Part shown: positions 11,576 to 21,164 of the stretch, one piece after another
Layout of the letters: every line of letters starts with the position of its first letter
Numbering within the stretch: position 1 is the stretch's first letter
Source of the DNA: Piromyces finnis finn
Lineage: Eukaryota > Fungi > Neocallimastigomycota
Assembly: GCA_002104945.1 (NCBI GenBank)
Contig: MCFH01000176.1
Span: forward strand, 1-21,164
Direction of reading: 5' to 3'
DNA length: 21,164 bases
The notes under the pieces: generated by a model
Told to the model about the DNA's origin: nothing
Seen by the model: only the letters and a program-made list of their open reading frames with translations
Database searches by the model: none
Position numbers and translations under genes: made by a program

Positions 11576-14491
11576 ATGAATTGTTTAAGTCAATGCTTTA
11601 GTATTTGTTTTGGTAGAAAACGTAAGTATAATTGATAAATCAGTAATATTTATTTTTAATAAATATATCTATATATATATGCTTTTTTTTTTTAAAAAAA
11701 AAAAAAACAGAAAAAGTTATTGATATATGAAATTATGTTGAAATATATAAAGGTAATTTAGGAAATGATGTTTATGAACCATTATTACAGGAAAATGAAA
11801 GAGATGCTGTAACCGAACTTTTACAATATCTTGAAAGTAATTATTAATGAAGAATGAATAACAAATTAGTTATTATATATGAAAATGGTGGAAAAAAATA
11901 ACATTTTTTTTTTAAATAAATAAAAATAAAAAATAGACCGTAAGAGAACTGATTTCTTCCAAGGAGATCCACTTCGTACTCTTTCCACATTAGCTTATTC
12001 TGAAAATATTGATTTAAAGCGTTCAGCTGCTCTAGCTTTTGCTGAAATTACAGAAAAAGGTAAAGATTTAATAATGAATGAATGAATACAAAGATCGTAA
12101 ATATGTATATTGACCATTGATAACTATTGTAATGATAAACTAATTATAAATTTCCCTTAAATTATTATAGATGTTAGAGAGGTTAATCGCGATACATTAG
12201 AACCAATTATGTATCTTTTACAAACCAATGATTCAGAAGTTCAAAGAGCTGCTGCTGCTGCTCTTGGTAACTTAGCTGTTACTGTTCCAAATAAATTATT
12301 AATTGTTCAACTTGGTGGTCTTGAACCTTTAATTCAATTAATGAAGTCATCAAATGTTGAAGTTCAATGTAATGCAGTTGGCTGTATTACTAATTTAGCT
12401 ACACATAGTAAGTATCCACAGTTGAACATTTCATTAATTTAGATTTTCCATTTTTTTTTCATTTGAAAAACGTTTGAAAATTAAAATTAAAATTTATAAT
12501 AAATACTATGTTATTATAAATAAAAAGATGAAAATAAGGGAAAGATTGCTAGAAGTGGTGCTTTAGTTGAATTAGTAAAGCTTGCCAAATCGAAAGATAT
12601 CAGAGTTCAAAGAAATGCTACTGGTGCTTTATTAAATATGACACATACAGGTAACTAATTTATTAATTACTGTTATTATTATTATTATTGTTATTATTAT
12701 TTAATTTTTAATGAAATAAAGAATATAGACTAATTTTAACTCCAATATACACTTATATTATTATAACAGAGGATAACCGTCATCAATTAGTTAACGCAGG
12801 TGCTATTCCATTATTAGTTAGTTTATTAAATTCTAATGATAAAGATGTTCAATACTATTGTATAACAGCCATTAGTAATATAGCAGTAGATGGTAAATAG
12901 TTAAAAAGGAAATAAAATCAAGATTTATAGCCATTTTTTAATATCCATTTTTTTTTTTTCAATATAGCTGATAATAGAGTAAAATTGGCCAATGAATCCA
13001 AATTAATTCAATATTTAATACATTTAATGAATTCTCAAATACCAAAAATTCAATGTCAAGCCGCTTTAGCTTTAAGAAATTTAGCCTCAGATGGTAAATT
13101 AAACGAATTTATAACATCATTTTTAAATAGATTATAAAGGTGGGAAGAGTAAGCTCAAATTATTAATTACTTTTTTTTTATTATTGTTGAATAGAAAAAT
13201 TCCAAATAGAAATTGTTGAATGTGGCGGTTTACCACCATTATTAGAACTTTTAAAATCAAATACTCAACAAATTATACTAGCAGCTGTAGCATGCATAAG
13301 AAATATTTCTATTCATAGTGTAAACGAGAAACCAATTGTTGAAGCTGGTTTCTTAAAATTATTAATTGAATTAATATCATCAGATAAAGGAGAAGAAATT
13401 CAATGCCATGCTCTTAGTACCATAAGAAACTTGGCTGCTTCTGATTATAATAAAAAGTTAATTGTTAAAGAAGGTGCAGCTGAAATTATTATAAATCTTT
13501 TAATTGAATCTAATAATAATTCATCTGGTAAGGGAAAGGCAACATCTTCATCCTATCTTGCCAATGGCCAAACCTATGGTCCAATAATAAAAAGTGAAAT
13601 GACTGCAGCTTTAGCTATTTTAGCTTTAAGTGGTAATGTATCTTTTAACTTAAAAATTTTCAAAAAAAAAAAAAAAAAATTATTAAATATAATTAAAATA
13701 TTAATAAATCAAATAGATGAAATAAGACCACTTTTATTCAAGATTAGAATTTGTGATGCTATATTCCCACTTACTGGTGAAAATGAATTACTTGAAGTTC
13801 AAGGTAACCTATTTAATAGACATGTATTATATATTATAATATATTTCCTTTTATAATTATTATTATATTATTACTCATAATAATAAACTTAATATTGATT
13901 AAATTAACATTATTATTCCAATAGCAAATGCTGCTTCTTGTATTGGTAATCTTGCCATTCATTTAGAAGATGATTCTCCATTTGTTGAAGCCTGGCCACA
14001 AATTGTAAACTATTTATCAAGATTCTTAGAATCAAGAGATTTAACATTACAACATATTGCATTATGGACTATATTGCAATTTATTGAATCTGATGGTAAT
14101 TTTTTTTTTTTTTTAATTTTAATGTGAATATATTTTTTGATATTGATATAATTATTAATATTTTATTATTTATTATTATTCTTTATATATGTATATAATA
14201 TAAACAGGTTCATTAAAGCTTCTATTAAGTAAAACTTCAGCATTAGTAAATAAAATATTAAAATTATTAAAGGTATTTAATGATAATTTAGAAAAGAGTA
14301 GTAATAATAACAATGCCAATAATAACACAATACAAGAAATAAGAAGAATTATTACCAATATATCAAATGGTTTATCTTCAATGGAAAGTGAAGATGAAAG
14401 TAGAGATGATGATGATGAAGATGACGATGATGATGGTAGTAATGATGAAGCATCTACAATTTCCAATCAAGAACAATCCACCAATTATTAA
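11576..14491 (+). CDS. VAC8: Vacuolar armadillo-repeat protein Vac8; join(11576..11621,11762..11836,11937..12059,12171..12407,12528..12650,12770..12892,12968..13093,13195..13632,13717..13803,13925..14095,14208..14491), 610 aa
   Basis: The spliced translation gives fungal Vac8 signatures: [134 protein letters not shown]. All 10 introns are GT-AG, frames are consistent and there are no indels. Exon 2 may start at 11753 instead; the exon 1 and exon 11 boundaries are less certain than the core. Confidence 0.95.
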
Positions 14492-15088
14492 GACACATAT
14501 ATAAAGAAAAATATTAAAAATAGTAATATTAATTCTAATTCTAATTTTAATAATAATAATAATAATAATAATAATTAATTAAATAATAAAAATAAAAATA
14601 AAAAAAAAAAATGATAATAAAATACATAAAATAAAGAAATATGTGATTTTTTTTTTTTTTTTTTTTTTTTTTTATTTCTTTTTCATCTTTATATAAAATA
14701 ATTTTTTTTTTTTTATTTTCTTTTATTTTCTTTTTATTATTATTATAAAATATAATATATAATAGATATATACACACACATAAATATATATATATATTTT
14801 ATATATGTGAAAATAAATATAAAAAATATCATTTTTTTTTTTCATCTTTTTTCCGTAATAAAGAAAGAAAGGAGAAAGAAAAAAAAAAAGTTTGAGAGAA
14901 AGGAGTTCAAGTAACGAAATAATATATATTAAAAAAAAAAAAAACACACACACACATCATCATATAAAACAAAAAACAAAAAGAACTTTACGAAAACTAA
15001 AAAATCAATAATTTTTTAAAAAAATATATGTAAAAAAACTATATACACAAAAAATTATTTTATTATATAAGCCAAGCAAACAAACGAA

Positions 15089-15285
15089 TAAATAACTAAA
15101 TAAATAACTAAATAAATAAATAAATAAGTAAATAAATAACTAAATAAATAATAAGTAAATAAATAAATAAATAAGTAAATAAATAAATAAATAAATAATA
15201 AGTAAATAAATAAATAAATAAATAAGTAAATAACTAACTAAATAACTAACTAACTAACTAAATAAATAATAAGTAAATAAATAAA
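15089..15285. repeat. Variant tetranucleotide array (TAAA/TAAC/TAAG, about 50 units) between the convergent VAC8 and TUP1 genes
   Basis: Read directly: TAAA units interspersed with TAAC and TAAG, and a shortened TAA unit three times, each directly before TAAG. Confidence 0.95.
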
Positions 15286-15980
15286 TATAAACAATGTATA
15301 GATAAAAAAGATAAAGAAATTATTATTATATAACAAAATATTAAGAGTTTCATTTCATTAAAGATTTATATATAAAAAAAACGACTTTTTTTTTTTTTTT
15401 ACTATTCTTATATTCTTGTGTAAGTACCTAAATATTATTATTTATATACTTTGGTTTTATTGTTAAAACAACACATCAATATAATAATAAATACAAATTT
15501 CTTTTTTTTTTTTTTTTTTTTTAAAAAAAATTATGTTTTTTTTTTATTATTTATTGATTATTATTATTTAGTAATTTATATTTATATATTTATTTTTATT
15601 CAACCATTTTTTTTTTTTTTTTTAAAAAAAATGAGTATAGGTTATTGATATGGAATTAAAATTGAATAAGGGAAAAATAAAGTAATAATAATAAAAAAAA
15701 AAGTTGAATAAAAATAATAATAATAATAATAACAATAATAATAACAATAAGAATAATAATGTATGATAAGTTTTAGTATGAAATATTTTAAAAATATATA
15801 TTGAAAAAGAAGAAAGAAGAAAAAAAAAATAAATAAAAATCAGAATATACTTTATATATATATATATATAAAATGAGATGAATAAAACTCTTTTTTTTTT
15901 TTTTTATTATATTTGCGCTATTAATTATTAATATTTAATGGATTATGAAAAGTGTATGTATAAATATAGATATACTCTAT

Positions 15981-18963
15981 TTATGCTGATGTGTATCTCC
16001 AAATTCTTGCTTTTCTATCACCGGAACCTGTAGCGAACATTCCACCAATTGGACTTAACGCTATGCTTATTACTAATGATTCATTGTTGGTTTATCATAA
16101 AAGTATATAGAGAAGAAGAAAAATAAAATATAAAAGATTGATATTAATAATAGTTTAAAAAAAATTTTATTTGGTTTTATTCATTAAAATTAAATTTTTT
16201 TTTTTAAAAAAAAAATTACCAGAGTTATTATGTCCTTGTAACATAAATTGTGCTACTGTAGTTGGATCACCATTGTATACTTGGTTAGCATTCCAGAATG
16301 TAACTGTTCTATCCTTACTACCACTTACTACCCATTCGTTACTTTCACGGTTTTCATATTGTTGAGATGAACTGAAACCAACACTTAAAACGAAATCACG
16401 ATGACCAGTAAAGGTGTGACGACAATTTTTATTAATAATTGGTTCAAAGTTTTTTATCTCTTATTTCTTCTGATCTTAAGTATTGTAAGGTTTGTGGTGA
16501 TATATCCCAAATCTTTAATGTTTTATCTAATGAACCGGATACAATTGATTTACCGTCATTTGAGAATGCAACACTATAAACTGAATCTGTGTGTCCATCA
16601 AAACGTTCAAGAAGTTTACCAGTTCTGGTATCCCATAATCTAACAATTTATCTAATGAACCCTATTATTATGAAAATACAGTTTTAAATAATTAATGACA
16701 AAAGTATATATTTTAATATATAAAAATATGATGTTTAACGTATCATAGTATGATACTTTATATATATTATGACACTATAAAATAATTACAGCAGCAACAC
16801 ATAGACCGTCGATTGGGCTAATAGCAACACTTGTAACACCGGAATCTTTCATTTGATTATCATTGCCAATTGGCATAGTTGGATCATTTTCATTCTTCAT
16901 AGTTAATGTACAACTCTTGGTATCTAAATTCCAAACCTTTACAGTACGATCACCACTACCACTGACAATTGTTTTTCCATCCTTTGACCAATCTAAACTG
17001 TAAATATCTTGATCATGACCTTCCCAATTATATAATATTTGTTTTTTTTTGATATCCCATACTCTTACAATTTTATCTCAGCACCAGTAGCTAAATATCT
17101 ACCACATGGTGAGAAACAAACACTACGAATATATAAATCACCTCTTTTTTGTGTAGTCTTTTCAACCAATTCGCTATAAATAGTTTATTTATTATAAAAA
17201 GTTTAGGTTGAATAGTCAATACAAATTCAGGGATACATGTCAAGGATAATTTATATTTATAAAAATATTTTATAATAGTATAAATAAATTAAGATTAACA
17301 AAATTTTATATTTAGTAAATATAATTTAGTTTTTTTTTTTTTTTTTTTTTTTTATTTTAATGAATAATAATTTATTTATGATTTATTATTTTATTTTTCA
17401 TAAACTTTTTATTAATTTATTCTATTGTTAATACTTACCAAACTTTGGTACAAGAAGCAACATCAAAGATTGTGAAACTCTATTACAACCAGTAGCTAAA
17501 TATTTACCATCACTAGAAAATTTTACACAGCAAACAACACTATAAATTATTATAAAACAAGAATAAAGTTGATCCTATTAATTAAAGTTCTATTTTACTG
17601 GTTATATCATTTTTTTGTCACTTTCAATTTTAATATATAATTATATCGGGCTTTTTTTTTTTTTTTTTCTATTTTTAATAGAATGATGTAAAATTTTCTA
17701 TAATAATATATAAGCCATACCTATCATGTTCTAAATTGTGATATAATTCAACATTTAATAATCTTGGTGCTTTTGGGTTATAAACAACTAACCAATCTTG
17801 ACCTTCTCTCTTGTATTCTCTTGGTATTTTATCTGGATCAAGATTACAAACACCAGTAACTGGTTGTTCTTGTATTATCTGATATTAATAAATAATATGA
17901 ATAATATTTATTGTTAATCTTAATATGAAATATATTTCTGCAAAAAAAAAAAAAATTATAATGAAAATGTAGATATCCATTAAAGATTTATCTATATTTG
18001 TGTATATTTTAATGAAAAATTCCAATATTATATACTTAATAATAATGATGAACGACGATGATATATACTTTATTATTTTGTCTCATTGCCATTGGTGGTG
18101 GCTGCTGGCGATAATAATTTATCTTCATTCTTTATTTGTTTTTGACGTGGTGATTCATTTTGTGGATTGCCATTCATGTAGCCTTTATTTATTTCGGAAA
18201 ATAAAGTACATTATATAATTTATATTTTTATCATTAATACATGTGAATTTAATAATACAAAATATTATATATATTATGAGTAAAATAACGACTATTGTTT
18301 GTTTCCTGTTTTTTTTTTTAAAAAAATTTCATTTATTCTTCATTTTAATACTGATTTTGATATTTACCATCTCTATTATTAGATAAATTTGGTGTGGTAC
18401 ATTTTCATTGAATCTATTTCTTATTCTCATATCACCATTCATATTTGATATTCCTCCATTTTCCAAGTCCATTTTTTAATTTTTTTTAATTCTTGTTATA
18501 TTGACGTTCCATTTCTAAATGTTATTTTCGAATTGATTTAATATCTCTCTCATTTTCATTAATTCATCTTCTTGTGCATTTACTTTATTTCATGGAAATT
18601 ATTTTGAATAAAAATTTATATATAGTAATATATATTTTTTAAAAAAATAGATAATAATTAAAAGTATTTAGATATTTAGTAATTATTTTAATTTTACAAT
18701 AATTATATATAGTTTTCTTTTCGTATTGGCCACATGTTTGTTAAAAAGAAAAAAACTTCAGTATTATAAAAAATAACTTTGGAAATTCTTACTTTTTGCT
18801 TCATAGTCTTTAAGTTGAGATTGATATTGATCTCTTTCTTGCAATATTTTATTGAATTCATTTCTGGCTAATTCCATAATTTCATAAAAATTTTATGTTT
18901 TGATTTGATTTTCATATTACCGTTACCATTATTTGGTAACATATGCCTATGTCCGTTATACAT
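15981..18963 (-). CDS. TUP1: General transcriptional corepressor Tup1 (Tup_N coiled coil plus 7 WD40); exons 18963-18793, 18582-18368, 18182-18069, 17878-17721, 17539-17439, 17173-16790, 16661-16220, 16072-15981; about 10 frameshifts as assembled
   Basis: Reverse-complement translation: MYNGHRHM..., [12 protein letters not shown]...[14 protein letters not shown] (Tup_N-like), [144 protein letters not shown]. All 7 introns are GT-AG. Gene identity is secure; whether the gene is intact is not. Confidence 0.93.
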
Positions 18964-20623
18964 ATTTAATTATATTTAAATTGAGGTATCAAATAAATAA
19001 GCTAAATTTATATATATATATATAAAGGATAAAAATAAAATCAATGAGTATTTTATTTTAAATTTATTTTAAAATAAACAAATATTATTTCATAAATTTA
19101 GTAAAATAAATTATAAAGCCAATGATAAAAGTCTTATTTTAAAAAGTTTATAAAAGTCAATTTAATAAGATGATATAAAAATTATAATAAATTTTATTCG
19201 CATAACTTGATTTTATATATCTATTATATCCTTTACTATATGATCACATTAAAATTCCTTTTCAATTTTAATATTTTTATATAAAGATCATTCCAATAAC
19301 ATTGATTGTTGTTTTAAAGATAATAGATAGAGTTAATTATGAAAACCTGATTTAATTAAAATTCATTGAATCCTTGTATTTAATTCGTTTTAATATAATT
19401 TAAATTAAAATATATAATATATATTATTTTTAAAATAATATATACTATTTACTGATATATTGATAAATACAATTATTAAATATTCAAATTAATTATAGAC
19501 ATTAAAATTATAAAATATATATATATATATTTATATATATTATATATATTATACTCTATTATTCGCTTTGGTATTATTTATAAATATTTCATCCCTTTAA
19601 TTTTTAGCAATGAATAAAATATTTATTTATAATGATTTAAAATCACTCTTTAATTCATTAGCCATACTACTTTTTAATGATTAATTATTAAATTTTATAA
19701 TAATCCTTTAATTTTTATTTCGTTAAATACTTTTTTTTTTTTTCAATTGTTTTCCTTTTCCTTTCTTTTTTAATACTATATTATAAACAATCATTCCGCA
19801 TCTGAAAATAAAAAATTGAATAAAAATATTGAGGAAATTTATTATTTTCTTTTTTTCATACTTTGTTGGCTTATAATTTATTAATATTAGTGAATAAAAG
19901 AATTTGATGTTTACTATATGGTATAAATCTTAAGATTAAAATATATCTAATCTTTTTAAAAAGTAAGTATTACTTTAACGTAAATTAATCTTTTTTTAAT
20001 TTCAAAATTAGATATTCTTTATATTTATTTAAAAAAAAATTTTTTTAAGGAAAAAAAAAAAATAAAGTAAAATCAAAAAAAAAAAAAAAAATTAAATTCA
20101 TAATATATTATTGATTATAAATAAATCAATTGATTTTTTAATATTAAATTAAATTAAATTTTTTACTGTTAAAGGAAATAAAAAGATAAAAATAAGTTTT
20201 AAAAGGTGGAATAAAAGCATATTTAAAAAAATGAAAGGAAAGTATTAAAACTTAATAAGATGGTTATTATATATATAAAAAAAAAAAAACAATTTTTAAA
20301 TAGGTGAATAATGATGTTTAAAAATAAAAAGAAATATTTTATTTTTAAAAAAAAGGATGGAATTAATAAAATAACAGTGTAATATAAAGTAATTTAATAG
20401 TAATAAAATAAGCATAAAGGAATGAAGGAATGACTTATTCCTTTCAATTTAATTATTTATAATATCAAGTTTAATAAAAATTAGGATATCTATTTAATTC
20501 ATTCATTATATTAGAAATACAAATTATACAATGAATTATAGAAATAGTGAATTAATAAAAAACAAATTTTAACAATTTATACTGTTTTTATTTGCAATTT
20601 ATTTTTACATTCTTATTCTTTTA

Positions 20624-20737
20624 CTCACCTACCACCTACCCTCCTCCTACCTTTTAAAAAAACAACCTTTTCCTTACCCACTAATTTCACCATCACCACC
20701 ACCACCACCACCACCTTTAAAACTGAGTTTTTTCTTC
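20624..20737. other. C-rich (+) / G-rich (-) island containing (CCA)7; candidate orphan exon or G-quadruplex-capable tract
   Basis: A visibly GC-rich patch in an AT-rich background. The minus strand has TAG|G AAG AAA AAA CTC AGT TTT AAA (GGT)7 GAT GGT GAA ATT AGT GG|GTAAGG. Confidence 0.35.
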
Positions 20738-21164
20738 CTATTAATAATTAATAAAAAAAAAAAAAAGTGAATGAAACATGCAAAAATTACTGCCCATATA
20801 TTATAATATATTTTTAATATAATTTATTCTATGATACAATTTAACTTTTCCATATAATTATATTAGTTAACATGATAATAATAATACAGAAATTTTAATT
20901 TTTTAATATATTTTACCACTTTAACCTAATCATTACAATTAATATATTGTAATTTATTTGAGAGTTGACACATCCATATATTAAAATATATCAATCCAAT
21001 TAATTTAAAAAATTATAAATTTGTTTTTTTTGAAAGGAAATTTAAAATTTAATTTAAAAAATCCAAAATTTTAGATGAAAAAATTTAATTTTTTATTGTT
21101 TTAATTAAAATTCAATATATTTTATATATATTTATAATTTTTTGTTTATTTTAAAAAAAAAAAA

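Noticed and set aside
13801-13810. Intron 9 start reads EVQ-GN, mimicking the canonical Vac8 motif (possible intron sliding)
   Set aside because: Any phase-1 GTAA donor after G reads GGT AAx (Gly-Asn/Lys), so the match is expected.
12209-13856. ORF-track entries 12209..12442 and 13431..13856 as separate genes
   Set aside because: They are VAC8 exons 4 and 8-9 read through into introns.
14176-14953. Minus-strand ORFs 14176..14466, 14547..14777 and 14723..14953
   Set aside because: The first is the antisense shadow of VAC8 exon 11 (GAT repeats read as Ser); the others are homopolymer translations.
15089-15285. Telomere-like or branch-point (CTAAC) interpretation of the TAAC units
   Set aside because: No TTAGGG-type G runs, not within an intron, and internal to two genes.
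15451-18218. Plus-strand ORFs 15451..15648, 16171..16365, 16401..16643 and 18000..18218
   Set aside because: Low-complexity or antisense shadows of TUP1 exons; several start at TTG or GTG.
20425-20443. Hairpin AAGGAAT-GACTT-ATTCCTT
   Set aside because: A 7-bp mostly AT stem is too weak to call a terminator or RNA element.

Overview
Extremely AT-rich eukaryotic genomic DNA with spliceosomal GT-AG introns. The low GC, AAT microsatellites and fungal-type Vac8 and Tup1 point to an anaerobic gut fungus (Neocallimastigomycota); that taxon call is inference. Four protein-coding genes were reconstructed by hand: (1) a 2-exon single-pass LEA_2/NHL-type membrane protein (2539-3835, +); (2) a short ankyrin-repeat gene (5322-6019, +) whose frame break is fixed by a 38-nt intron or a 1-nt slip; (3) an 11-exon VAC8 (11576-14491, +); (4) an 8-exon TUP1 (18963-15981, -) with about 10 single-base frameshifts in homopolymer runs, most likely assembly error. 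There are also two structured microsatellites and a G/C-rich island near 20.7 kb. I found no RNA gene, mobile element or CRISPR array, and no clear new multi-gene system. The most interesting observations are these: all 10 VAC8 introns are phase 1 and six sit at the same register of the ARM repeat; the predicted Vac8 N-terminus lacks the Gly2 myristoylation site; and a TCATTCC (TEA/ATTS-like) motif recurs upstream of both the ankyrin gene and TUP1. All coordinates and counts were worked out by eye.
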